64,000 bases of DNA, taken from assembly GCA_965217865.1 (NCBI GenBank), contig CBDCJO010000002.1:4960001-5024000 (forward strand), given 5' to 3'. The translations under genes and the position numbers were made by a program. The notes under the pieces were generated by a model that was given only the letters and a program-made list of their open reading frames with translations, was not told the DNA's origin and made no database searches. Below are positions 54,430-64,000 of this stretch, piece by piece. How positions within the stretch are numbered: the first letter of the stretch is position 1; every line of letters begins with the position of its first letter. The DNA is from Candidatus Latescibacterota bacterium. Its GTDB lineage: Bacteria; Latescibacterota; UBA2968; SICM01.

Positions 54430-54650
54430 CGAGGGAAGAAGCACGAAACTTCATTCGAGTGGTGTTAAGTCAATATAGGAAATGGGATTTTGGCTGGTGG
54501 GCCTCACATTACAGGAAGTGGACGGAGAAGAAGAGCTAGAGTTGGGCTACATGGTAAGGAGAGAATACTGGTGAGAGGGAATAGCGACGGAAGCAGCGAG
54601 GGCTTGTAGTGAGTATGCTTTTGATACGCTGGGATACAACCGAATCATAG
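54430..54650 (+). pseudogene. RimJ/RimL GNAT fragment
   Basis: ELGYMVRREYW*EGIATEAARAC. Confidence 0.55.
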
Positions 54651-54761
54651 GGCGGCCCTCCCTGGACGCCCAAACACATGGAACAACACTGAGATACTGG
54701 TGAGGGATCCGCTGCTGCCGAGCCCGCGGCTGAGCGGGATGTTATTCCGCCTAACGATTGG

Positions 54762-55280
54762 ATGGAGGCAACGATGCTTCAGAGACTCGTCGCACGTGAC
54801 GGCGAAGAGTTTGCGGTTCGCTCTACTGGGGGCAATTGGCTGCTTGCTTGGCATTCGCCGATTACGGTTCCCCCGGGTAAAGCCCATGGAGCGAACGGCT
54901 TCTGCGTGACCGCCGACGATGGCGTCGTGCTGATCAGCAACGATGGTGAGCGATGGGGCTGGCCAGGGGGTCGTCCCGAGGGTGACGAGTCTTGGGAGCA
55001 AACCTTCCGTCGTGAGATCTTGGAGGAGACGTGCGCCGTGGTGGGTGACGCCCGGCTCCTGGGTTTTTGTCGGTCCGTGTGCCTTACCGGCCCAGAGGAA
55101 GGTCTCGTACTGGTCCGGTCTGTGTGGCGGGCGGAAGTGGAGTTGATGCCGTGGGAGCCCCGTTTCGAGATTAGACATCGTCGGGTCATCCCGGCGAGTG
55201 AGCTACCGTCGCACTTTTGGATGGAAGAGGGATTTGAGCCCATTTATCATCGGGCGCTAGCTGAGGCAGGGTTGATGTAG
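54762..55280 (+). CDS. NUDIX hydrolase
   Basis: PGGRPEGDESWEQTFRREILEET Nudix box. Confidence 0.88.
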   Translation: MEATMLQRLVARDGEEFAVRSTGGNWLLAWHSPITVPPGKAHGANGFCVTADDGVVLISNDGERWGWPGGRPEGDESWEQTFRREILEETCAVVGDARLLGFCRSVCLTGPEEGLVLVRSVWRAEVELMPWEPRFEIRHRRVIPASELPSHFWMEEGFEPIYHRALAEAGLM

Positions 55281-55301
55281 GGATGCGCTGGCAATTTCTC
55301 T

Positions 55302-55783
55302 ATACGTCATAAATAATTGCGCATATTTGTAAGATTCGTTATCTTAATACTATGAAAAAGCTCACATTATCCGAAGCCGAGCGTGTCGTCCTCGTGCTAC
55401 AGGATGAGATCCGGCGATCTACGGAGTCCCGCTATGGCCATCGCCTGCACGGCATCTTGCTGATTGCCCAGGGAAACAGTGGTCGGGAGGTCGCCCGACT
55501 GCTTGGAGTCGCTCCTCGAACCGTAGCCTACTGGGTGCGAAGGTACAAACAGGGGGGGCTGGCCGAGCTCGTGGGGAGGGAGCGCTCCGGGCGTCCGCGG
55601 CGGCTGAGCGAAGAACAAGATGCGCAGATCGATGTGGCTCTGGGGAAGAGACCGAGGGACTTTGGCTTGGCCGGTAATGTCTGGACCGGCAAGACACTGG
55701 TGGCATTTATTAGGGAGCAGTGGGGTGTGATGCTGGGAGTACGGCAGTGTCAGAGGATGTTTCGGGAAAAGCAAAAACAGTAG
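55302..55783 (+). mobile_element. IS630 left end with HTH-only ORF (55352-55783)
   Basis: End ACGTCATAAATAATTGCGCATA; HTH, GRPRRL, WTGKTL; runs into repeat mosaic. Confidence 0.75.
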
Positions 55784-56139
55784 CAGTGGCAAGAAAGGCA
55801 AGGGCAGGGGTCAGAGGTCGGAGGCCAGAGGTCGGGGAAAGAAAGACCTTCCACCCATCCAGACCGGAATACAGAATACAGGAGTTAAAAAGACCGCCAA
55901 ACGTGAGTCGGGAAGAGCAGTAGCAGCAGACAAAGGCTGATGAAAAAAAAGCGAATACGGGGGTCAGAGTCAGGGGAAGTCGAAACCGCGAGCATCCGGG
56001 GGCAGATTTCCCAGTTCGAAGGGATCGGCTCCCAACTCATAAAACGAACCTATTACTAAATAGAAGCATATGGCGAGGGCAAGATTCTGTCAAATCAGCT
56101 TAGCATAAATATTTACAGTGTCTTAGATGGTAAAATCGC

Positions 56140-56570
56140 ACAGGTTCTGGCTGCAGGTAAGGAAAGGGCCAGGGAGGCGGTGGAACAGGAAAAGGCAAGG
56201 ACGTGACCAATTCTGCGCGCGCGCAGAATTGGAAGGGGCCAGAGGCCAGAGGCTAGGGGTCGGAAAAAGCAAGGGGTCAAGTAGAGGACTTTGTATGAAT
56301 CTCTTCGGTTCCACCGGTTCTTTACAATTTTGAACGCGCGTTCAAAATTGACCTGGAGGAGTTACCGAAGCAGGTGAAAAATCCAAAGGAAACTGACCTG
56401 TATCTCTTTGACCAGAAATCAGATAGGCAAGGTTGAAACAACCTGGAACTGGCTGGAAGTCAGGGGTCAGTTGTCGGGAAAAGGAAGGGGTTAGCGAGAG
56501 GATTTTGTATTAATCTCTTCGGTTTCATCGGACATTTCCAATTCTGCACGCGCGTGCAGAATTAACCTGG
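56140..56570 (+). pseudogene. Three silent partial copies of the DUF1016N coding segment
   Basis: Align to 36464-36760; each holds a palindrome variant. Confidence 0.75.
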
Positions 56571-57045
56571 GCGGGAAAAGGAGTAGCAGAAAGGTCGTCA
56601 AACGTGAGAGGTGAGATGTGAAACGGGAAAAGCGGAACGAGAAAAGCAGTGTCAGTGGCAGGAAAAGCAAAGGCAGGAGTCAGAGGAAATGGGAGATCGA
56701 TAAAAGGCATTGCAGATTGAATATACGACCGGGTTTCATCGTCCTCGACTGGTAGAATACCCGGGCTTATTTGAAAGACGGTAAAGCATCCATTTTATTA
56801 CTTAACGGATCTTAACAAGACTTTACAGAAGAATTCTAATCAAATCCTGAAAAAATAATCAAGGGGATATCACCCGGGACTTTGTAATCATCTGGCCCGG
56901 CATTATCCCCTTTTGGTCATGCAGGCAAAAACGGACAATCCTCAAGGCGGGGAGGCGTCAGGTCTTTTTAGTTTGACAATGCTTTTACTCGTGGATACCT
57001 TGTTCAAGGGATGGATTTTAAGACACCGCTTGGAGGAAAGCACCA

Positions 57046-58392
57046 ATGCCAGCGACGACCGAATCACTCGAGCAGAAGCTGAAGTCCTGGAAGAATCCGG
57101 TCGAGATGATGCGGAACGCACAGACCGGGCCCTACATTTTTCCGATCTCTCCGGAGTTCAGCAACTGGCGTGACGAGCAGGAGGCATGGTTCAAGACGGC
57201 CGTCCTTTTCGATCTCTCAAAACACATGACGGACATATATTTGGAGGGACGAGATCTGATTCGCCTGCTGGAAAGCCTCGCGGTCAATAGTTTCAAGAAC
57301 TTTGGGCCGAACAAAGCAAAGCAGATCGTCTGCTGCAACGAAGAAGGCTTTGTGATCGGGGACGCGATTCTGTTTTGCCTTGCCGAGAACAAAGTCAACA
57401 TCAGCGGTCGACCGTCCGTGCCTAACTGGGTCGCCTACCACGCTGAGACCGGTGACTATGGCGTCAGTGTATCACGCGACAATCGGTCCGTTCAAAACGA
57501 AGCAGAACGCAGAACCTATCGCTATCAGGTTCAAGGTCCGAACGCCGGTGCGATCCTGGAAGCTGCTACGGGCCGTCCTCTGCCTCCCATCAAATTCTTC
57601 AACATCGGCGAGGTCACCATCGCCGGAAAGACCGTGAACGCACTGAATCATGGTATGGCTCGGACTCAAGGACTGGAGTTGTGGGGGCCTTCTGAAGATG
57701 GTGAGATCATACGTTCCGCACTCATGGAAGCCGGCGAGGCCCACGGTTTGAAGGAAGTCGGCGCTCGCGCATACTCCACGGTTTCACCGGAGTCAGGCTG
57801 GATTCCCTCACCCATGCCGGCGATTTACACAGATTCGATGAAAGCCTACCGAGAATGGCTGCCTGCAGACGGTTTCGAAGCGAACGCCTCTCTTGGCGGA
57901 AGCTTTTATTCCGATGATATCGAGGACTACTACCAAACCCCTTGGGACCTGGGTTATGGTATGCACGTAAAGTTCGACCACGATTTCATCGGTCGAGAAG
58001 CGCTTGAGAAGATGGCCGATCAGCCCCACCGCCAGAAGGTCTGGCTGGTGTGGAACGACGATGATGTGGTTCGCATTCTCGCCAGCATGTTCGGTTCAGG
58101 TGACCGCTACAAGCACTTGGAAGCTCCCGGGTCACATTACTCCGCGTTACCGTTCGACAAGGTTCTGCTGAACGGAAAACTTGTCGGGCTCTCTACGTAC
58201 AGTTGTTATACGTCCAATGTTCGCGCCTGGTTTTCGCTTGCAATGGTTGATGAGGATCAGGCAGTCGACGGGGCAGAGGTCACGCTCGTCTGGGGCGAGG
58301 AGGGGGGCGGTTCCTCCAAACCTGTTGTGGAACGTCACGTGCAGACCGAGGTCCGGGCAGTCATTCACACGTCGCGTCCGACTGTCCAGTAA
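57046..58392 (+). CDS. THF-dependent aminomethyltransferase-family O-demethylase (LigM/DesA-like)
   Basis: EFSNWRDEQ, ESGWIPSPMPAIY, GGSF, VKFDHDFIGR, VERH. Confidence 0.88.
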   Translation: MPATTESLEQKLKSWKNPVEMMRNAQTGPYIFPISPEFSNWRDEQEAWFKTAVLFDLSKHMTDIYLEGRDLIRLLESLAVNSFKNFGPNKAKQIVCCNEEGFVIGDAILFCLAENKVNISGRPSVPNWVAYHAETGDYGVSVSRDNRSVQNEAERRTYRYQVQGPNAGAILEAATGRPLPPIKFFNIGEVTIAGKTVNALNHGMARTQGLELWGPSEDGEIIRSALMEAGEAHGLKEVGARAYSTVSPESGWIPSPMPAIYTDSMKAYREWLPADGFEANASLGGSFYSDDIEDYYQTPWDLGYGMHVKFDHDFIGREALEKMADQPHRQKVWLVWNDDDVVRILASMFGSGDRYKHLEAPGSHYSALPFDKVLLNGKLVGLSTYSCYTSNVRAWFSLAMVDEDQAVDGAEVTLVWGEEGGGSSKPVVERHVQTEVRAVIHTSRPTVQ

Positions 58393-58464
58393 CGAACGAT
58401 TCGACTGGGCGTTCTGGCGTTAAGTTGATTTCCCTCCGAGGAAGAGCAGAAAGATGGTGTTCCC

Positions 58465-58540
58465 TGCATGATCTACGAAATCGAGAAATGGGTTAAAGAG
58501 AAGCTCTTCGATTGCCAGTTTTGCTGACAATGCGGGGGTT
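58465..58540 (+). pseudogene. MTHFR C-terminal Zn-finger-like remnant
   Basis: EKWVKEKLFDCQFC*QC. Confidence 0.4.
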
Positions 58541-58865
58541 CAGTTTTAATCGTGGATTCCTCCTGGCTTTTTCGGCTTAACACCCAAAATACCCCTCCGT
58601 AAATTGTCCCCGTTGTCCAATCGAAGTCTAAGTTTCGTGTCGGGAAGGCCCCGATGGACGCCGAAGTGAATAGCAAACAAGGGTAACGGTCAAGCCGCAT
58701 CCAAATAGGTGCGGCTTTTGTGTGTGGACTAAAATGCCTGCTCCAAGTATTCAAGTCTGGTAGGCGTTCCGATCTTGCGCGAATAGAAGCCAGGACAATC
58801 ACGGGTGCCCTCGTGTGGGGTGGAGGTAACGTGATCAGGAATCACCCATAAGGAAGGCGGAGGAA

Positions 58866-60134
58866 ATGGATCCCCTGTTTGCTGAACGTGTTGCGGCGAC
58901 CGTTCCAAAAGAAACCCTGTTCCTGCATGTTTATTTCCCGGGAGACCACGGGGGCATGCTGGAGCTTCCCGACAAACAGATGTTTATGGTTTACTCCACC
59001 GGCTATTCCCGCTCAGCGTCACTGCGGGGATCCCTGTCAACCGACGGTGGAGAGACATGGGAAGAATCCCGGTCGCTTCTGGATGTTGATGGACAGGAGA
59101 TATCCGGGACCTCCCCGACGTTGATACGTCTGAAGTCGGAACGAATAGGGCTTTTCTACTCCACAACCGGATGGGACGGGTCGGGACCGGACGTCCTGTC
59201 AGGGGCTGAACTCAGAAAGCGCGACAGCGCCGGAGCATGGTTTGTGAGCTCCGAGGATGAAGGACAGACCTGGTCAAAGCCCACAAGAGTCTCCGAGCCG
59301 GGTGTCGATGCGATTCCTATGCACGATTCGGCCATCGTCACGAGCCGGGGACGCATCGTCGCCCCCGTGTATCATTATGTGGGCCAGCGGAACATGATCC
59401 CCGAAGACCCGGGCAAATCGGTGGCATTGGCGGGAGACAGGTGGGTCCGTATCGGAGGTCACGATTTTGAGAACTGCATGGATTTCAGCTGGGTGTACTT
59501 CTCTGACGACGAAGGCAAAAGTTGGGAACGAAACCAGGACGGCACCATGATCGGGACCCTGGATTACAGCGCAGGGGGCCACTACTCTTGCGAGGAATCC
59601 GCTGTCGCCGAGGTCAGCCCGGATCACCTCTTACTGATCCACCGCACCCCCATGGGACGTCTTTATCAATCGTGGTCCAGCTACGACGGGACCACCTGGT
59701 CCTTGCCGGAGCCAACCTCCCTGGCCGCGTCACGAGCCCCCGCGAATCTGAAAAGGATCCCGGGAACGGATGATCTCCTGATCATCTGGAGCCAGGCGTC
59801 CGCCGAAGAGATCAGCATGGGTCACCATCGCCATCGGTTGAGCGCCGCAGTAAGTCACGATGGTGGCGTCACGTGGCAGCACCACAGAAACGTGAGGGCC
59901 CCCGAAAGCGACACGACGACGCGAGTGGACGTGCCGCCGATCCAATACTACCGTAGCTTAAGACACGCAAGCAGACGACGTACGGATGGGCGGCAGCCCT
60001 ACTCGAGCTATCCTGCAACGGCCTTCTGGGAGGATCGTGTCATCATCACCTTCTACTCACCCGGGCCCGATTCCCCAGAGGGAAAAAGGGGCGTGTGCAT
60101 GGGTCTTCCCTTGTCGTGGTTTTACAGTCCTTAG
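58866..60134 (+). CDS. Sialidase-like BNR protein
   Basis: Five Asp boxes; YSSYP. Confidence 0.85.
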   Translation: MDPLFAERVAATVPKETLFLHVYFPGDHGGMLELPDKQMFMVYSTGYSRSASLRGSLSTDGGETWEESRSLLDVDGQEISGTSPTLIRLKSERIGLFYSTTGWDGSGPDVLSGAELRKRDSAGAWFVSSEDEGQTWSKPTRVSEPGVDAIPMHDSAIVTSRGRIVAPVYHYVGQRNMIPEDPGKSVALAGDRWVRIGGHDFENCMDFSWVYFSDDEGKSWERNQDGTMIGTLDYSAGGHYSCEESAVAEVSPDHLLLIHRTPMGRLYQSWSSYDGTTWSLPEPTSLAASRAPANLKRIPGTDDLLIIWSQASAEEISMGHHRHRLSAAVSHDGGVTWQHHRNVRAPESDTTTRVDVPPIQYYRSLRHASRRRTDGRQPYSSYPATAFWEDRVIITFYSPGPDSPEGKRGVCMGLPLSWFYSP

Positions 60135-60231
60135 GCCGATGAAATCCCTGTATGCCAACCTTATTCATAGTGTTGTAAAAACAAACGGTCTTGCTCCCTT
60201 ATAGAAAACACCCTAATCGTGGTCAAGTCTG

Positions 60232-63200
60232 ATGTTCAGGAAGTCAAAAACCGCCCTTTCAATTCTCCTCTTCTGTGTCCTCATTCTCCCCACCCTCACA
60301 TCCGCGGACACGGCGTCCGAACTGGCTGATATCCAGACGGTCGCGGACTGGATCATCGGTCTGCAATACGTAGATACAAACCTCCCAAGCTACGGCGCGA
60401 TAAAGATCTCGAATAACATAGGGCTCTACAGCCCCCCGCCTCCCCCTCAGGATGCGTACTTCCGTGTAAACCCATACTTTTCGAATCTGGGGGTAGCCGG
60501 ACTGCTTCGATCGCCCGTTTCAGGCAAGCTGGAGGTGGCCGAACGATGGATCGACTGGTATCTGAGTCACCAGAACACCAGCGGGGCACCCCCTGGCGTG
60601 GCCTATGACCACTGGTATCTGTCGGATGGTACGGGAGAGACGACCTGTCCGCCGGGGATCGATTCCCTTCATTGCGACTATGCCGATGCGGACGACAGCT
60701 ATGCTGCAACACTTCTCGGTTTAGCCTGGATCTATTTCGAGGAGGGGGGGAGCTTGTCCTTTCTCAATGCCCCGGGCAACAAGGCGAAGTTCGAGACAAT
60801 CGCGGGGGCGGTCCTTGCGTTGAAGCAGTCGGACGGGCTGACGTGGAACCGGCCCACTTCCCCCAAAGCCAAATTTACCCTGGACAACTGCGAGGTCTAC
60901 TGGGGTCTCAAGGCCATGGGGAACCTGGAGTCTACGGTCTTCGGGGATGCGGTGGCAGCTCAGACCTACGACGATGCGGCTGAGGAGGTCCGAAACGCGA
61001 TCGAGAACGAGCTGTTCAATTCAGCGACACAGCTCTACCGGGTCGCAAAGTTCGAAAACGACGCCTACCAGGATGCTGTTCTCAACAATGCCTGGTACCC
61101 GGATACGGTCGCGCAGGTATGGCCTCTCCTGTTTGGTGTGATCGAAGCGGACTCTCCCAGGGCCCAGGCGCAGATGGCGGCCCTGAACGATACCTGGGAT
61201 GGGGACCCCCAAACAGACTGGACGGCCACCTTCGCGGATCCGAACGGTTTCCCGTTTACTTCAATCGGCTACGCCGCTCTGCTTGCGGGTGACGATTCCC
61301 GGGCGCAAGCCCATACGGCTCTCGTAAAGGCCCAGAAGTTCCCCAACTTTGATTCGTTTTTCTCCGTGGACGATGCTGGATGGCTCTTGAATACCCTCAC
61401 CCAGCCGTCCATCAGTCTTTCGTCGGATCCTGTGGCCATCGGGGACGTTGCGGTGGGGGCCTCCCGTACGGGATCGCTGACGGTCCAGAACACGGGTACG
61501 GACACTCTGAAGGTCACGCAGATTCAATCCTCCGATCCCGCGTTTACGTTCTCCCCGGCGGCGTTGACTCTGCTCGCAGGTCAGAGTGGGACCCTGACCG
61601 TGACGTTCACGTCCACGGCTGCGGAAGAGAAATCAGCTACCCTGTCCCTGCCGCACAATGGAACCGGGAGCCCGTCCACGATCACGATCACCGGAACGGG
61701 AATCGATTCGCCTCCGGGTGCGCCCGCGGGATTGACCGCAGTGGCGGGGAACAACCAGATGACTCTCAATTGGACCGGGAACGCGGAGAGCGATCTCTCC
61801 CACTATGTGGTTTATCGAAGCCAGACGAGCGACTTCACGCCGGCCGGTGTGGATTCGATCGGCCGGGTCGAATCCCCGGCGACGGCTTACACCAGTACCG
61901 GCTTGAGTGCAGGGACTTACTACTTCAAGATTTCGGCTGTGGACAATGCGGGGAACAAAAGCCTGGAATCCGCCCAGGCTTCCATAACCCTCGCTCCGGG
62001 CTACAGTCCGTCCCTCTCCACCGTGTCGTTCGGGGATGTCCAGGTCGGGACTTCCGGCACCCAAACCTTTACCGTCTCGAATACAGGGAGCTCGGACCTC
62101 ATCGTCGAGGAGATCACGATATCCGGGACCGATGCCTCTGAATTCACCGCGAGTCCGACGGGCTTCACGATCGACGCAGGCGGGTCCCCACAGAGTGTAA
62201 CCGTGACGTTCGCCCCGGCTTCGGAGGGATCGAAGGCTGCCGCCCTATCGATTGTTCACAACGCCACCGGGAGCCCGTCCGCCGTGTCGTTGACGGGAAA
62301 CGGGACCGCAGAACCGCCTCCTCCCGCCCCGCTGATCAGCCTGTCGGCTGTATCGCTTACGATGGACGATACACAAGTGGGTTCCAGCTCCGAGAGGACG
62401 TTCACGGTTGGAAACTCCGGGAGTGCGGACCTTTCGATCACGAGCATAGCCCTGAGCGGAGCGGACGGAACGCAGTTCACCGTATCGCCGACTACAGCGA
62501 CGATCTCGCCGGGGGGGCCTCCGCAAACGATTACCGTGACGTTTGCACCCACCTCAACAGGGGCCAGGACGGCCTCATTGACGATAAACCACGACGCTGC
62601 GGGCAGTCCCTCTTCGGTCGGGCTGATCGGGAACGGGACAACGATCCCCGTGCCGGTCCTCTCACTTGGGGTCCCCTTTATTGGATTCGAGGAAGTGGAG
62701 GTCGGCGCGTCAAGCCAGAAGGAGCTTACGATCCGGAACACCGGCACTGCGGACCTTTCGATCACTGATATAAATCTTACGGGAACGGATGCAGACCAGT
62801 TCGGGTTTCAGCCGGAGACACTCGTCATAGGATCCGGTACGGCACAATCCGTTCTGGTCGTCTTTGAGCCCACATCTTCGGGAGGAAAGTCAGCCGCTTT
62901 GTCATTCACACACAATGCGGAGGGGAGCCCTATATCCGTGCAGATAACGGGAACGGCTGTGGAGCCCGCTATCCCCGAGGCCATGCCCGACGTCGACGCA
63001 CCTTCCGTATTTTTCGTCGGCAGTGCAGCCGTTGGCCAACGGATATCCGCGGTGATGAAGGTGTTCAACAGGGGAGATGAAAGTCTGACCATCAACGACA
63101 TCGTCCTCACGGATCCTGAGTTTCAGTTCTCATCTCCTTCATTTCCATTCGTCATTCCGGTTGAGGGATCGGAGGATCTGAGGATCACCTTCATCCCGAC

Positions 63201-64000
63201 GTCTCTCGGAGTCGAGGAGGCTATGCTGACGATCCGATCGGACGACCCTGATGAAGAAAACCTGGAGGTCACCCTTACCGGAACCGGGGCGGGGATCGCC
63301 GTGGAGATTTCGATCGAGGACATCGATTTCGGCCAGGTTGCCGTCGGTCTGTCCTCGACGGAGACTTTTATTCTGACCAACACGGGAACCACGAACTTTG
63401 TCGTCAACGATGTTTCCATCACCGGAGGAATCGGTCAGTTCGAGGTCAGTTCCTCGAAAGCATTCACGGTGAACGCCGCGGGCGGAACTCAAACCGTCGA
63501 ATTAACCTACAGCCCGGTCGAGTCCGGGCTGACAGGGGCAACCCTCGGCGTGGTGTTCCAGGACACGACCTTCGACGTCGGGCTTTCCGGAACGGGAATT
63601 GGGCCGTCTATCCGTGTCGTACCGGCGACTCCCGACAGCCTCGTGTTCGGGTCGGTGATTGTGGGGGAAACGCGAACGCTGGATGTCGTTATTATCAACG
63701 ATGGGAATGTTTTATTGCATGTAGTAGGGATTTCGGCATCGGACCCGGCATACACCGTGTCCGCGGACATCCTGTCCCTGGATCCCGGGGAGATCGACAC
63801 GATCGAGGTGACTTTCAGTCCGGAGGAAGTGGGATTTGTCTCTCCTGCGCACGTGACGATCTCAAGCAACGTTTTCGCCCGGCCCACGATCAACGTAATA
63901 ACATCTGGAAGAGGCGTAGTTGAAGAACCTAAAATTTCCGTCCAGATCGATACCGTCAATTTTGAACAGGTTAGTATCGGAGAGGAAAGATCCCTTGGCC
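60232..64000 (+). CDS. Large secreted protein: alpha/alpha-barrel-like domain, Fn3, repeated ASH/choice-of-anchor-D Ig domains (3' truncated)
   Basis: Signal peptide MFRKSKTALSILLFC...TSA; repeated NTG..L.I and VTFAP motifs; absent from ORF track because no stop in window. Confidence 0.8.
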   Translation, partial: MFRKSKTALSILLFCVLILPTLTSADTASELADIQTVADWIIGLQYVDTNLPSYGAIKISNNIGLYSPPPPPQDAYFRVNPYFSNLGVAGLLRSPVSGKLEVAERWIDWYLSHQNTSGAPPGVAYDHWYLSDGTGETTCPPGIDSLHCDYADADDSYAATLLGLAWIYFEEGGSLSFLNAPGNKAKFETIAGAVLALKQSDGLTWNRPTSPKAKFTLDNCEVYWGLKAMGNLESTVFGDAVAAQTYDDAAEEVRNAIENELFNSATQLYRVAKFENDAYQDAVLNNAWYPDTVAQVWPLLFGVIEADSPRAQAQMAALNDTWDGDPQTDWTATFADPNGFPFTSIGYAALLAGDDSRAQAHTALVKAQKFPNFDSFFSVDDAGWLLNTLTQPSISLSSDPVAIGDVAVGASRTGSLTVQNTGTDTLKVTQIQSSDPAFTFSPAALTLLAGQSGTLTVTFTSTAAEEKSATLSLPHNGTGSPSTITITGTGIDSPPGAPAGLTAVAGNNQMTLNWTGNAESDLSHYVVYRSQTSDFTPAGVDSIGRVESPATAYTSTGLSAGTYYFKISAVDNAGNKSLESAQASITLAPGYSPSLSTVSFGDVQVGTSGTQTFTVSNTGSSDLIVEEITISGTDASEFTASPTGFTIDAGGSPQSVTVTFAPASEGSKAAALSIVHNATGSPSAVSLTGNGTAEPPPPAPLISLSAVSLTMDDTQVGSSSERTFTVGNSGSADLSITSIALSGADGTQFTVSPTTATISPGGPPQTITVTFAPTSTGARTASLTINHDAAGSPSSVGLIGNGTTIPVPVLSLGVPFIGFEEVEVGASSQKELTIRNTGTADLSITDINLTGTDADQFGFQPETLVIGSGTAQSVLVVFEPTSSGGKSAALSFTHNAEGSPISVQITGTAVEPAIPEAMPDVDAPSVFFVGSAAVGQRISAVMKVFNRGDESLTINDIVLTDPEFQFSSPSFPFVIPVEGSEDLRITFIPTSLGVEEAMLTIRSDDPDEENLEVTLTGTGAGIAVEISIEDIDFGQVAVGLSSTETFILTNTGTTNFVVNDVSITGGIGQFEVSSSKAFTVNAAGGTQTVELTYSPVESGLTGATLGVVFQDTTFDVGLSGTGIGPSIRVVPATPDSLVFGSVIVGETRTLDVVIINDGNVLLHVVGISASDPAYTVSADILSLDPGEIDTIEVTFSPEEVGFVSPAHVTISSNVFARPTINVITSGRGVVEEPKISVQIDTVNFEQVSIGEERSLG

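Noticed and set aside
56140-56570. Diversity-generating retroelement
   Set aside because: No reverse transcriptase in the window, and differences are not adenine-specific.
60353-63959. Multiple short ORFs in the track
   Set aside because: Shadows of the single long + strand gene starting at 60232.

Overview
A bacterial chromosomal window dominated by two decaying integron-type gene-cassette arrays (about 1-20950 and 39300-55280). Nearly all cargo genes lie on the + strand and are punctuated by complete or half attC sites; only a 58-codon C-terminal remnant of a tyrosine recombinase survives, in front of an attI-like site at 39632. Between the arrays is a housekeeping block (sugar epimerase, creatininase pseudogene, dapF, D-amino acid dehydrogenase, TamB-like protein, GAF-PP2C phosphatase, two GT4s, GH4, SDR), followed by a DUF1016N-thermonuclease gene disrupted by IS1595 and a toxin-antitoxin-like pair. 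The window ends with a LigM/DesA-like demethylase, a sialidase and a large secreted protein. Mobile DNA is dense: two near-identical IS110-family elements, two IS3 copies, IS5/IS1182-like, IS1595, IS630 and IS200 remnants, and a MITE. Most notable: (1) both IS110 copies sit at the same position, immediately before the R' GTT, in two unrelated attC sites; they carry a 458 bp non-coding end and would form a TTGACT-17-TATATT promoter on circularisation; (2) a covarying palindrome lies inside the DUF1016 gene and its silent partial copies; (3) ordered mosaics of 6-7 bp repeats mark deletion junctions; (4) a promoter/attI-like unit is duplicated within the first array. All calls were made by eye without database searches, and several single-base frameshifts could be sequencing errors.
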